Part shown: in pieces, positions 40,801-50,034 of the stretch
Position numbering within the stretch: the stretch's first letter is position 1
Layout: each line of letters starts with the position of its first letter
NCBI GenBank assembly: GCA_947305865.1
Contig: CAMZEU010000001.1
Span: 1,607 to 65,606 of the forward strand
Length of the DNA: 64,000 bases
Source: an uncultured Clostridia bacterium
GTDB taxonomy: Bacteria > Bacillota > Clostridia > Christensenellales > CAG-917
Direction: 5' to 3'
Program-made: the position numbers and the translations under genes
Notes under the pieces: generated by a model
The model's input: the letters and a program-made list of their open reading frames with translations, nothing else
Databases searched by the model: none
Told to the model about the DNA's origin: nothing

Positions 40801-42454
40801 TCATACCTGCGCAAGATGTGGAGACGTAAAGGTTGATACATATGTCGATCCGTTAGGACACGCATGGGATGATGGAGTGATTACAACGGATCCAACCTGT
40901 ACAGCAACAGGTGTAAAGACATATACGTGTACAAGATGTCACGCAACAAAGACCGAGTCAGTTCCAATGATACCTCATACATATGGTACGACATGGACAT
41001 ATTTAGACGAAGGCCATGATGCTCTTGAGTGTATTTACTGTGGACATGTCAAAGAAACACGAGAACATGATTATGATGGATATTGCTGTAAGTATTGTCA
41101 TCACCACTTACTCGAGAAGTATAAGACTAAGTTTGATACGTATGGAGCATCTACTAATCCAGTTATTATAGAAAGTGAAGAAGAATATATCTTATTCTTA
41201 GACTATGTATTGTCTAACTACATGACATCAAGTAAGTACTATAAGTTTGGTGGCACATTTGCTTCAACATTGGCCTCTACATATGGAAACATTACACTTG
41301 AAAAGACACATAAAGCAATTCTTCAAGCATACATACCAAAGTGTACAACACCAGTACCAAGTATAGCTTCGTATCTCTGGAACTCAAATCAACAAGCTAT
41401 AGGTATTAAGTGGTCATTATCACTTGGTGGCATAGAGACATGGGAGAAAGCACAATTTGTAGAATACTATGGAACAGAGTTCTATAGTACAGATCCAAAT
41501 GAAACTTGTTATGATGATTCTGAAAACGAAAATTGCCCACAACAAGACTATTACTTCAGTGAATTCTCATCCACAAGAACAAACTCATTTGATGACTTCA
41601 AGTATAAAGAATACCTAGGAACATTTGATTGCGTAACATCAGACCAAATTGTATATGCATTCCAGAACTATCTAAAACCAAACTGCAGCGGCAGAGCATT
41701 ATCTATATTAAATAAAGCAAAAGCAGTATTGAAAAATATAGTAGATGATTCAATGACAGATGTCGAGAAGGTTAAAGCAATCTATAAGTGGTTGGTATCT
41801 AATGTTACATATGATAATGCTGTATTGAATCCAAACAACGGAACAGATACAACAGATGGGCAATGGGTAATGTATGCATCATGGTTTGCAGAAGGTGTAT
41901 TTGATTATGGATATGCAGTCTGTGATGGTATTTCTAAGGCATTCACAATCCTTACAGGATTGGAAGGCATAAGAAGTGTAAGAATTACATCTAATGCACA
42001 AGGCCATGCATGGAACAAAGTCTTCATAGATACAAACGGAGACGGAGTTGGCGAATGGTATGTTGTAGATGCAACATGGGGCAACACGGTAGTAAATAGT
42101 ACTGCGGAAATGTTCAATGCAAAGCATCTCTTTATGACAGATGCACAAAAGGCTGAAGCTGGATGTACTGGAGACAACTATGCAGACGTAGAAGCAATAT
42201 ATTCATTCAACTACTATGCAACAGAAACATTCACATATAATAGCGAAGACTATGATTTATTCATTATAAATGCAAGTGAGTTAACAATACTCATGAACTA
42301 TTTGAATGAAAATAGTGATAAGACAACAACATACAAGACTGTATCAGTCTTTATCTGCGGAAGCAACGTTCCAACAGGTGTTTCATTTGTTGAAGATGGA
42401 TCAGCATCAATAAGCGGTGTTCAAGGGAAATACTACATAATAATTATTAGTTAA
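37859..42454 (+). CDS. giant surface lipoprotein: Listeria-Bacteroides repeats, Cys3-His repeat array and transglutaminase-like core
   Basis: Lipobox MVSCNKS. GYQFGGWY...LYALW and GYEFAGWY...LYAKW repeats. At least 14 copies of the PTCTxxGxxTYTCxxCxxxxTExIPxxGH unit. C-terminal AVCDGISKAF / GHAWNKV / VVDATWG gives a Cys-His-Asp triad. Confidence 0.8.
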   Translation: MKGKTKFLILMLVLLIVASAMIMVSCNKSKGNTGTTSSDTPSDIVVPGTDVNFTVYFYYLPTDTEPYAQITVKSGSKIKVADIPTNLTRDGYQFGGWYKNTSYSDEFNTNAVINKDIKLYALWIAPFTISFYEDLYDGVVNKTIKRFSNETVSQDEIYTPTKTGYEFAGWYLDTDYSQAYEFSDHLQRSISLYAKWNSTYAKLQFITNTKLKQINTISIEKDKPYTLPDPTVPTVSSENMTFVCWCTDKALTQELTGGTITILENTTVYAKWNFHNHQHDYNEQDIEEVKPATCTEDGYKARCCKECGYYENEITITALGHNIYEREWLNGGTFHYHRCLKCGEEFDKASHTYNDGEVTTKATCTADGEKTYTCTLCNATKTETIAALGHDINEDEWVSDGEHHWHACTHEGCEEHFDEHEHDRVRDMTKDHESTGCSDPEVEGYKCSVCGADLSNKSEPIPHTYNVDVWEKDENQHWHICSVCNNKVELADHDYNIVVTKAATCTETGIRKYTCKKCGYIKEEKIPKTAHVLKWADESVTFLTDEQKALLPTYHYRYCATCHRVFEESKEEHTIDWTDKKSPSNPKGTVTITAQSTCTSHGTANVTCKVCGQTHLGVEVPLKDHTWELDGHVDCGCTTPGYDHYTCSVCHGEKQDTIPAAHRYVLVDEIANTCTKPGSRIYECATCGDKKTEVIPAGHTYTHYEYNETHHWHICESCHDTIDYEAHDFEMVMQNTPTTCGEDVYVMYRCKTCSYYYTVIETGFGHEWDNGKVISDPTCTEPGYKEYTCMKCGEIRTETFGEPLGHDWDAGVITRSPTCTVPGERTYTCNRCHITRTESIPTIDHDWGEGEVTTAPTCTATGVRTYTCSMCHATRTEVIPMVPHTYSDEPEILKHPTCTEEGERAFYCTVCHQAIREAIPALGHAWDSGTQTTDPTCTETGVMTFECTRCHETKTEPVPALGHDYHDVVTPPTCTEKGYTTHTCARCGDVKVDTYVDPLGHAWDDGVITTDPTCTATGVKTYTCTRCHATKTESVPMIPHTYGTTWTYLDEGHDALECIYCGHVKETREHDYDGYCCKYCHHHLLEKYKTKFDTYGASTNPVIIESEEEYILFLDYVLSNYMTSSKYYKFGGTFASTLASTYGNITLEKTHKAILQAYIPKCTTPVPSIASYLWNSNQQAIGIKWSLSLGGIETWEKAQFVEYYGTEFYSTDPNETCYDDSENENCPQQDYYFSEFSSTRTNSFDDFKYKEYLGTFDCVTSDQIVYAFQNYLKPNCSGRALSILNKAKAVLKNIVDDSMTDVEKVKAIYKWLVSNVTYDNAVLNPNNGTDTTDGQWVMYASWFAEGVFDYGYAVCDGISKAFTILTGLEGIRSVRITSNAQGHAWNKVFIDTNGDGVGEWYVVDATWGNTVVNSTAEMFNAKHLFMTDAQKAEAGCTGDNYADVEAIYSFNYYATETFTYNSEDYDLFIINASELTILMNYLNENSDKTTTYKTVSVFICGSNVPTGVSFVEDGSASISGVQGKYYIIIIS
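38729..41110 (+). repeat. in-frame tandem repeats encoding Cys-rich (Zn-ribbon-like) modules
   Basis: Seven regular ~114-117-nt units at about 40190, 40306, 40420, 40540, 40660, 40770 and 40885. More divergent units extend back to 38729. Confidence 0.75.
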
Positions 42455-42529
42455 CTAACTTGACATAAAAAAAATATACATATATATTATATAGCACTAT
42501 AAAAGCGCACACGTGCGTAGGAGGAAGCA

Positions 42530-43315
42530 ATGTTAAAGCGTAATCTCGAAAAGATATTTACAACAGCCGCAACAATCCTTGCAATGATTCTAATAATTAT
42601 ATTATTAGTTATCGCATACGGTGGAATAGATGCAAAGGATTTAGAGAATAACTTAGTAAGAGGCTTATTCATCACCTTAGCAATTATATTCGGTTTGTTG
42701 GCAACCACATCACTAGTATTCATCTTCATTAATGATGATGCAATTAAAGAAATCACTCTTAGAACTGAAACTGCACAAAAGACAAGAGTTACAGTTGCAG
42801 CAGTTAAGAAGTTGGTTGTAAAAGCTTGCTCAGAAATAGAAGGTGTAAAGTGCAGAGGTATTAAACTTTCCACATCAGATTATGGTGTAAAACTTAAAGT
42901 TAAAGTTTCCGTAAAAGAGAAAGATGTAGAACAAGTTGAAGCATATGTTCGTAACCTTATAACAGATGTATTCGATAAAGCATTAGGATTTGCATTCAGT
43001 GCAATAGAAATCGAAATCATGAAGTTCGAACCTGCATATAAGCCAGATGTTGCAGCAATACTTGCTCAATCAGATGCTGAATTACAACAAAATAAAGCTG
43101 AAGAGGCAGTAGAAGAAACAACTGAGGAAACAGTTGAAGAAACAACAGAAGAAGCTCCAGTAGAAGAAATTGTAGAGACTCCAGCTGTAGAAGAAGTTGT
43201 AGAAACTGAAGAAGCAACTACTGAAGTAGTTGAAGAAGCTGCAGAGGAAGTTCCAGCAGAGGAAACTGTAGAAGTTTTAGAAACTGAAACAGACGAACAA
43301 AAAGACGAACAATAA
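42530..43315 (+). CDS. membrane-anchored Asp23/Gls24-like protein with acidic E/T/V-rich tail
   Basis: AGGAGG RBS and two N-terminal TM helices. The segment VKKLVVKACSEIEGV...VKVKVSV...VEAYVRNLI resembles the Asp23 family. The last ~80 aa are poly-acidic. Confidence 0.5.
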   Translation: MLKRNLEKIFTTAATILAMILIIILLVIAYGGIDAKDLENNLVRGLFITLAIIFGLLATTSLVFIFINDDAIKEITLRTETAQKTRVTVAAVKKLVVKACSEIEGVKCRGIKLSTSDYGVKLKVKVSVKEKDVEQVEAYVRNLITDVFDKALGFAFSAIEIEIMKFEPAYKPDVAAILAQSDAELQQNKAEEAVEETTEETVEETTEEAPVEEIVETPAVEEVVETEEATTEVVEEAAEEVPAEETVEVLETETDEQKDEQ

Positions 43316-43401
43316 TAAAAATAACAACTAAACAAATAAGGCAGAATCCGTTATCGGGTTCCGTCTTAACATTATAGGGCAAGACCCAAATGAGGTATAT
43401 T

Positions 43402-44088
43402 ATGGCAAAAACAAGCAAAAAAGAGACAAAGAAAGATTTTGAAGCAGGAATATCTGAATATGCACAAAAGTATGCAGAAGAAAATGGTGTAAGTGCAGAA
43501 GTTATCGATGCTTTCTTCGCAATCGCTCAAACACATGATGTTTTAACAGAAAACGATATGAAGGTTATTGCAGAGCAAGCAAAGTTCTATCAATTAAAAG
43601 AAGATGAAGACTTATCAGTACTTAAAAAGAAAGACAACCATAAGATTTCTGCAAATGATGTTGTTTTCTCAGAAGCAGGTTACAAAAAAGCAAAGATGGA
43701 ATTATACATCTTAAAGACATGGAAACTTGCAAAATGTGAAGAACAAATTGGTATCGCAAGATCCTACGGTGACTTATCTGAAAATGCAGAATATGATGCA
43801 GCTAAGGAAGAACAAACAAAGATTGCTAGAAGAATCGATGAAATCGAGAACAATCTTAAGCGTGCTGTCATTACAGACAACATAGTTGTTGTAATTAAAG
43901 AAGTTGGTTCAGACGAAGAAGAAACTTATGAAATCTGTGGTACAACAGAAGCCAACCCAGAAGAAAACAAGATTTCCAACCAATCACCTTTAGCAAAGGC
44001 ATTAGCAGGAAAGAAGGCAGGAGACATCATTGAATATGAAGCTCCTGGCGGAACATTCAAGTTCGAAGTAATAAGAAAAGACAAATAA
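43402..44088 (+). CDS. greA: transcription elongation factor GreA with ~80-aa N-terminal extension
   Basis: [16 protein letters not shown] coiled-coil tip motif and GreA C-terminal domain ([17 protein letters not shown]). Start at MAKTSKK, 7 nt after GAGG. Confidence 0.8.
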   Translation: MAKTSKKETKKDFEAGISEYAQKYAEENGVSAEVIDAFFAIAQTHDVLTENDMKVIAEQAKFYQLKEDEDLSVLKKKDNHKISANDVVFSEAGYKKAKMELYILKTWKLAKCEEQIGIARSYGDLSENAEYDAAKEEQTKIARRIDEIENNLKRAVITDNIVVVIKEVGSDEEETYEICGTTEANPEENKISNQSPLAKALAGKKAGDIIEYEAPGGTFKFEVIRKDK

Positions 44089-44089
44089 T

Positions 44090-45586
44090 ATGGAAAACAA
44101 CAACAATCAAAACCAACAAGTTAAAGAAGTAGATGTTGCTGAAGTAGTTAGAGTTAGAAAAGAAAAACTAGCTAACCTTCAAGCTGCAGGGAAGAATCCA
44201 TTTGAGATTACTAGATTTGACCGTACAACGACTGCAGGAGCCATCAGAAAGGATGTAGACTCATTCATTGATAAAGAGGTTGTCATTGCAGGAAGATTGA
44301 TGTCAAAGAGAATTATGGGCAAAGCAAGTTTTGGTCATATACAAGATACAGATGGCAATTTCCAATTATACTTTACAAGAGATAACTTGGGCGAAGAAAA
44401 CTATGCTGAATTCAAGAAATTGGATGTAGGTGATATTATTGGTGTTAAGGGTGAAGTATTTATTACTCATTCTGGCGAACCAACAGTTACTGTTAGAGAA
44501 TATACATTACTAACAAAATCCTTATTACCACTTCCAGAGAAATTCCATGGATTAAGAGATAACGATTTAAGATATCGTCAAAGATATGTAGACCTCATTA
44601 TGAATCCTGAAGTTAAGGATACAATGATGAAGCGTTCTTTAATCGTCGCAGCAATAAGAGATATGTTAAATAATGAAGGCTTCTACGAAGTAGAAACACC
44701 TGTATTAAACACTCTTGCTGGTGGTGCAAATGCTAGACCATTCATTACACATCACAATACATTAGATATTGATATGTATCTTAGAATAGCTACAGAGCTT
44801 TATTTAAAGAGACTTATTGTTGGCGGTTTTGAAAAGGTTTATGAAATCGGAAGAATCTTCAGAAACGAAGGTATGGATCCAAAACACAATCCAGAATTCA
44901 CAACTATAGAGTTATACCAAGCATATGTAAACTTAGATGCAATGATGGATATAGCAGAGAAGATTATAGTATGTGCAGCAGAGAAAGTTTGCCCATCTCT
45001 TGATATAGAATATCAAGGAACACCAATCTCATTAAAAGGACCATGGAAGAGACAACCAATGAAAGATTTCGTTAAGGAAAACCTCGGAATGGATTTTGAT
45101 AATGATTCTCTTGATAATCTTATCGCTGAAGCCAATAGAAGAGGCCTAGACCTTCCTAAGGATACAACTTGGGGTAAATGTTTATATGAAGTCTTCGATG
45201 CATTTGGCGAGGAATTATTAGTTCAACCAACATTCATTACAGATTATCCAGTTGAAGTAAGTCCACTTGCAAAGAAATCTCCAAAGGATCCAAGAGTTAC
45301 AGAAAGATTTGAGTTATTCATTAACCACACAGAATATGCTAACGCATTTAGCGAATTAAATGACCCAATAGACCAAAGAGAAAGATTTGCAGCACAAATG
45401 GCAGCAAAGGCAGCAGGGGATGAAGAAGCTCAACCATATGATGAAGACTTTGTAAACGCTCTCGAATATGGTATGCCACCTACAGGAGGAATTGGCATTG
45501 GTATAGATAGAGTTGTTATGTTGTTAACAGACAGCCCATCTATAAGAGATGTATTATTATTCCCAACTATGAAACCATTGGCATAA
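44090..45586 (+). CDS. lysS: lysine--tRNA ligase (class II)
   Basis: 498 aa. OB-fold N-domain, FRNEG motif 2, [12 protein letters not shown] motif 3. The greA-lysS pairing is typical of Firmicutes. Confidence 0.95.
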   Translation: MENNNNQNQQVKEVDVAEVVRVRKEKLANLQAAGKNPFEITRFDRTTTAGAIRKDVDSFIDKEVVIAGRLMSKRIMGKASFGHIQDTDGNFQLYFTRDNLGEENYAEFKKLDVGDIIGVKGEVFITHSGEPTVTVREYTLLTKSLLPLPEKFHGLRDNDLRYRQRYVDLIMNPEVKDTMMKRSLIVAAIRDMLNNEGFYEVETPVLNTLAGGANARPFITHHNTLDIDMYLRIATELYLKRLIVGGFEKVYEIGRIFRNEGMDPKHNPEFTTIELYQAYVNLDAMMDIAEKIIVCAAEKVCPSLDIEYQGTPISLKGPWKRQPMKDFVKENLGMDFDNDSLDNLIAEANRRGLDLPKDTTWGKCLYEVFDAFGEELLVQPTFITDYPVEVSPLAKKSPKDPRVTERFELFINHTEYANAFSELNDPIDQRERFAAQMAAKAAGDEEAQPYDEDFVNALEYGMPPTGGIGIGIDRVVMLLTDSPSIRDVLLFPTMKPLA

Positions 45587-45611
45587 TATAACCTTAAATG
45601 TAAATGATAAA

Positions 45612-45640
45612 AGAGTTAGGAAATCCTAGCTCTTTTTTAT
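45612..45640 (+). terminator. intrinsic terminator after lysS
   Basis: Stem AGAGTTAGG pairs with CCTAGCTCT (one G-U pair), followed by a T-run at 45633-45639. Confidence 0.75.
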
Positions 45641-45831
45641 TATTTTTTAGTGGATTATAAAAACATAGAATATTTATTCAAATAGACAACCAAATGTATA
45701 GAAAAAGGCCTTAGATAGAGGGTTTTGAAAAAGCACTTATTTTGAACCCTAAACACAACCAAAAAATTGTTCAAAATTTGAGAAAATAAAAAACAGCATT
45801 CTAGTGGGTAAAATGCTGATTTTGGGGTAGT

Positions 45832-45880
45832 TTATCCACATTTTTCCACTTCAGTGTGGATAAGTTCGTGGAGAACTCTG
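45832..45880. promoter_or_regulatory. DnaA-box cluster in a convergent intergenic region
   Basis: Perfect TTATCCACA (45832-45840) and perfect inverted TGTGGATAA (45855-45863). Imperfect TTTTCCACT (45842-45850) and CGTGGAGAA (45868-45876). Confidence 0.55.
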
Positions 45881-45949
45881 CATTTTTATTCAGTTATGCA
45901 TATTGTTAAAATATAAACAAAATGCAATTTTTTAATGAATAATTAGGCC

Positions 45950-46366
45950 TTAAATTCTATTATATTCCTCGAATATTGTAAGGTCTTCTCTAAAGATTCT
46001 AACGAGAACGGTTAGTTTCTCTTCTTCGCTTTCCCAGCCATATGTTTTTTCTATAATTTTCCATAGTGCATATGAGTTAAGGAAATCATACCAGAAATAA
46101 CATTCATCACCGAGCTTGAATATCTCTAAATCGCTAAAGGATTCATAAGCACTAGATTTCTTTAAGATATCAATAAGTTGCCATACTTCATGAGTCTCGT
46201 TGTACTTTTGATAAATGAACTTAAGCATGTATTTCTTAACGTCCTTAGAGAATGTGAAACATCCTTGTTGTGCATTAGCAATATCTTTAAGGATAGGTGC
46301 AATTTCTGGATCGTTAACATATTTCTTTAATATCTTTTGAAGTGGGTTAGCAAATTTATTATTCAT
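45950..46366 (-). CDS. hypothetical protein
   Basis: 138-aa ORF with coding-like composition; no motif recognised. Confidence 0.5.
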   Translation of the reverse strand: MNNKFANPLQKILKKYVNDPEIAPILKDIANAQQGCFTFSKDVKKYMLKFIYQKYNETHEVWQLIDILKKSSAYESFSDLEIFKLGDECYFWYDFLNSYALWKIIEKTYGWESEEEKLTVLVRIFREDLTIFEEYNRI

Positions 46367-46423
46367 AGTTGTTTCCTTTTAATTTTTTATATATTTTAGA
46401 ACATTATTACATACAATGCAATT

Positions 46424-47677
46424 CTAGAAGCATAGTCTCTTTATTGCTTCATAATATATTCTATACATCTTATCTAGTTGATCTATAGTGATACATTCGT
46501 CTACACAATGTATTGGCATTGGGTCGTCTGGGAACACTGGTCCAAAGCCAACAGCCTCGTTCATACACCTTGCATATGTGCCTCCGCCAATGGCTAAAGG
46601 TTGGGCTGTTAAATCCAATGTCATATCCTTATATGCGTCCATTAATGTGGTAAGTAGATTTGTGGACTTATCAACAAAAAGCCTATTTGAATTATGCAAT
46701 CCATACACTTTAACCCCTGGAATTGCGATTTGAAGCTGTTTGTCAATTTGCTCTGGTTCTATATTTAATGGATATCTAAAGTCTATAGTTATTTCCAATT
46801 TTTTACCATCTGCTTTGATGATGCCAACGTTCATTGTTAGAGGTTGTCCCTCCTTGTCTACGAGGTCCAATCCAACATTCTTTCCATAGCAATCATCCAA
46901 TTTTGTTGCTATATCCATTATGGCTTGGTCATCATATGTTCTTCCTAAAAGTTTAAGAAGTTTTAGACCGGCATTATCTCCTTCATTCGGTTTAGAGCCA
47001 TGGGCAGATATTCCTCTAGCAGACATCTTTCTTCCATCATATATAGCTGTTGCTGAGTTTGGAACCATGTTGGCTCTTTCACCACAGTCAAAGAAGGTGA
47101 GTTTTTCTGGACAAGGTAATTCTAGTTTGCAATGATATATGCCTTTCTCATAATAGATTGCAGGGAAGTCTGCATCTGGAGTAAATCCTTGAGGAGCAAT
47201 TTTATCTACTTTTCTAAAATGGTCCATACATTCCCAGCCATCTTCTTCATTGCATCCAAAGATAACACGAATATGTCTTCTTGGTTGTCCAACTCTAGCA
47301 ACTAATTCTTTTATGATGTATAAACAAACAAAGATAGGTATTTTATCGTCTAAGGCACCTCTGCCATAAATGGCAGGTCTTCCTTTATAGTCGGCAAGTT
47401 CTCCATAAGGAGAATGTGTCCATCCATCGCCTAGCGGAACGGTATCTAAGTGTCCAAGAATATCAAAACCAGGTAGAGATTCATCACCAATGGAGGCAAA
47501 TCCAACATAGTTGTCATAGTTGGTTACTTTAAATCCCATTTTCTTTGCTTTCTTTAGAACATATTCTAAAGCTTCCTTTGTGCCTTTGCCAAAAGGAGCA
47601 TTTTTTTTTGCAGGAGCTTTAACAGTATCAAAAGATAATAATACTAGAGCATCCTTAATAAAATCGTCTAAATACAT
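46424..47677 (-). CDS. M20-family dipeptidase (PepV/Sapep-like)
   Basis: GHLDTVP, GRGALDDK and NEEDGW metal-ligand blocks. Confidence 0.8.
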   Translation of the reverse strand: MYLDDFIKDALVLLSFDTVKAPAKKNAPFGKGTKEALEYVLKKAKKMGFKVTNYDNYVGFASIGDESLPGFDILGHLDTVPLGDGWTHSPYGELADYKGRPAIYGRGALDDKIPIFVCLYIIKELVARVGQPRRHIRVIFGCNEEDGWECMDHFRKVDKIAPQGFTPDADFPAIYYEKGIYHCKLELPCPEKLTFFDCGERANMVPNSATAIYDGRKMSARGISAHGSKPNEGDNAGLKLLKLLGRTYDDQAIMDIATKLDDCYGKNVGLDLVDKEGQPLTMNVGIIKADGKKLEITIDFRYPLNIEPEQIDKQLQIAIPGVKVYGLHNSNRLFVDKSTNLLTTLMDAYKDMTLDLTAQPLAIGGGTYARCMNEAVGFGPVFPDDPMPIHCVDECITIDQLDKMYRIYYEAIKRLCF

Positions 47678-47680
47678 ACA

Positions 47681-48385
47681 TTATAATTCCTCAACTTGCA
47701 TTGCAAAGTCTAAATTTTCCTTAAGTTTATCTAAAGATAAAGGTGCACCATGTCCAGGATAATATTTGTCTGCATTTGCATCGATTAATTTTTTGTATGA
47801 ATTTTTGAAATCTTCGGCATTATGGATTAATAAAGGAATTAGATGCTTTGCAGGAATGCTATTCATAATAGCATCTCCAACTATAAAGTCTTTTCCAACT
47901 ATAAATCCAATACTATCTTGAGTATGTCCTGGTAATGGAACGAGTTTAATTCCATATTCAGCAAGAGATGTGTCGTCTTCTTTATCTACGATAATAGGAT
48001 TGTATTTAGAGATATCAAAGGCATGCCATCTTGCAGGATGTCCACCTCTAAATTTAGCTGCCAAATATGTTAGTTTTCTGTTTCCCTTTGAAGAAAAGGA
48101 ATAGAATTGGTCTTCTCCTTTTTGTAATAATTCAACAGCTTCTTTTCCTAAAACCACTTTTGGAGAAATTTTGTTTAACAAATCTTCCATATAAGAAACG
48201 TGATCTGCATGAACATGGGTAAGAATAACAACCTTAATATCTTCTAAGGCTATGTTATACTTTTGCAATTTCTTTTCAACTTTTTCTAAAGAAATATTGT
48301 TGCCACAGTCTACCAAAACAACGTCCTTGTCAAAACGAAGGAGGTAGTTGGTATAAATTGAGTTCGCTATATTAATTATTTCCAT
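47681..48385 (-). CDS. MBL-fold metallo-hydrolase
   Basis: THVHADHV motif and a downstream GH..D histidine/aspartate ligand pattern. Confidence 0.8.
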   Translation of the reverse strand: MEIINIANSIYTNYLLRFDKDVVLVDCGNNISLEKVEKKLQKYNIALEDIKVVILTHVHADHVSYMEDLLNKISPKVVLGKEAVELLQKGEDQFYSFSSKGNRKLTYLAAKFRGGHPARWHAFDISKYNPIIVDKEDDTSLAEYGIKLVPLPGHTQDSIGFIVGKDFIVGDAIMNSIPAKHLIPLLIHNAEDFKNSYKKLIDANADKYYPGHGAPLSLDKLKENLDFAMQVEEL

Positions 48386-48578
48386 AAAAATAATTATATA
48401 GAATCTTAAACAATAAGTCCATATTGAAGCCTAAAAATGTAGAAAATAGTGCCAAATATGAACCCATGAGTTTGGATTTTACAAAATCCAACTTTCACTT
48501 TTAATCTTGTAATCATCATTAAAAAGTTATATATTATTATAATAGATAAATATACGGATTTTTTTCGGAGGAATAAAT

Positions 48579-50030
48579 ATGGCAGATAGCACAAAGGTCA
48601 GAACTCGTTTTGCACCAAGCCCAACAGGTTTCATGCACATTGGAAACCTAAGAACAGGATTATATAGTTATTTATATGCAAGAAAGCATAATGGAACATT
48701 TGTATTGCGTATCGAAGATACAGATAGAGAAAGATTTGTAGAAGGCGCAACAGAAATGATTTTTTCAACATTAGCAAAAGCAAAGATAGATTATGATGAA
48801 GGTCCAGGTAAAGATGGAGGATATGGACCATACATTCAAAGCGAAAGAAAAGCATTATATAAGAAGTATGCTGAAGAATTGGTTGCAGCAGGTAAGGCAT
48901 ATTACTGTTTCTGCGACAAGGAAAGACTTGAATCTCTTACAGATGCAAACGGTGTACGTACATACGATAAGCACTGCAGATATTTAAGCAAAGAAGAAAT
49001 AGATGCAAAACTTAAGAGTGGAGCACCTTATGTAATAAGATTTAAAGTCCCAGAGAATGTTGTATCTTCATATACAGACTTAGTATTTGGAGATATTTCG
49101 GTTGCCACAGAAGACTTAGAAGATATTATTCTTCTAAAGAGTGATGGAATGCCAACATACAACTTTGCGAATGTTGTAGATGACCACACAATGAACATCA
49201 CACATATCCTTAGAGGTGTAGAGTACTTATCTACAACACCACTTTATAACTTAATCTATGACGCATTTGGCTGGACAAGACCAACATATATTCACCTTTC
49301 TCCAATTATGAAAGATGCACAAAGAAAATTAAGCAAGAGATATGGAGATGCAAACTTTGAAGACTTTATTAAGAGAGGTTTCTTACCAGAAGCTATTGTA
49401 AACTACATTGCATTACTTGGATGGTGTCCAAAGGACAACACTGAAAAAATGACAATGGAAGAGATGATAGAGAAGTTTGATATAGATGGTATTTCAAAAT
49501 CGCCTTCCATATTTGATGAAACCAAGATGCGTTGGTTAAATGGAGAATATTTTAAAGCAATGCCTTTTGAGCAATATTTCGAAATGGCAAAGCCATATAT
49601 AGAGAAAGCAGGACTCAAAGGAAACTATGATGCAAAAGAAATTGCATTTTTAATGCAAACTAGAACAGAAATCCTAGACGACATACCAGAGAAGATTGCT
49701 TTCTTAGATAACTTTGGTGAATATGATCTAGAGTGGTACAACCACAAGAAGATGAAGGTAGATTTAGCAGTTGCAAAGCAATGTATAGAAGCTTGGCTTA
49801 AAGAAATCCCAACAACAAATTGGAGCGAAGAAGATATTAAAGCATCTATGGGAATTGCAGCAGAGAAAGAGGGAATTAAAGCTGGACAAATTATGTTCAC
49901 AGTCCGTCTTGCAATGACGGGAACACAAATAACTCCTGGTGGAGCTGTAGAAATGGCAATTATTCTTGGTAAAGAAGAAAGTGTAAGAAGACTAGAAGCA
50001 TCCTTAGAGATGATAAACAAGGCATTATAA
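48579..50030 (+). CDS. gltX: glutamate--tRNA ligase
   Basis: RFAPSPTGFMHIGNLRT (HIGH) and KLSKR (KMSKS) motifs. Confidence 0.95.
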   Translation: MADSTKVRTRFAPSPTGFMHIGNLRTGLYSYLYARKHNGTFVLRIEDTDRERFVEGATEMIFSTLAKAKIDYDEGPGKDGGYGPYIQSERKALYKKYAEELVAAGKAYYCFCDKERLESLTDANGVRTYDKHCRYLSKEEIDAKLKSGAPYVIRFKVPENVVSSYTDLVFGDISVATEDLEDIILLKSDGMPTYNFANVVDDHTMNITHILRGVEYLSTTPLYNLIYDAFGWTRPTYIHLSPIMKDAQRKLSKRYGDANFEDFIKRGFLPEAIVNYIALLGWCPKDNTEKMTMEEMIEKFDIDGISKSPSIFDETKMRWLNGEYFKAMPFEQYFEMAKPYIEKAGLKGNYDAKEIAFLMQTRTEILDDIPEKIAFLDNFGEYDLEWYNHKKMKVDLAVAKQCIEAWLKEIPTTNWSEEDIKASMGIAAEKEGIKAGQIMFTVRLAMTGTQITPGGAVEMAIILGKEESVRRLEASLEMINKAL

Positions 50031-50034
50031 GAAC

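Noticed and set aside
40183-40990. Regular ~114-nt periodicity that could be mistaken for a CRISPR-like or satellite array
   Set aside because: The repeats are in frame, diverged at synonymous and non-synonymous positions, and encode the Cys-rich protein module. There is no repeat-spacer structure.
42487-42873. 128-aa minus-strand ORF overlapping the Asp23-like gene start
   Set aside because: The plus-strand gene has an AGGAGG RBS, TM helices and a recognisable domain. The minus-strand ORF is its antisense shadow.
43316-43401. Hairpin GCAGAATCCG-TTAT-CGGGTTCCG between the Asp23-like gene and greA, considered as a riboswitch or terminator
   Set aside because: The stem is imperfect with no following T-run, and there is no conserved riboswitch core. 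At best it is a weak terminator.
48386-48578. Possible T-box or attenuator leader upstream of gltX (hairpin TTGGATTTT/AAAATCCAA at about 48470-48490). Leaders of asnS, argS and lysS were also checked.
   Set aside because: No T-box consensus (AATTAGGGTGGTACCGCG-like) or specifier-loop architecture was seen. The spacers are short, and the hairpin is AT-rich and lies upstream of the likely promoter.
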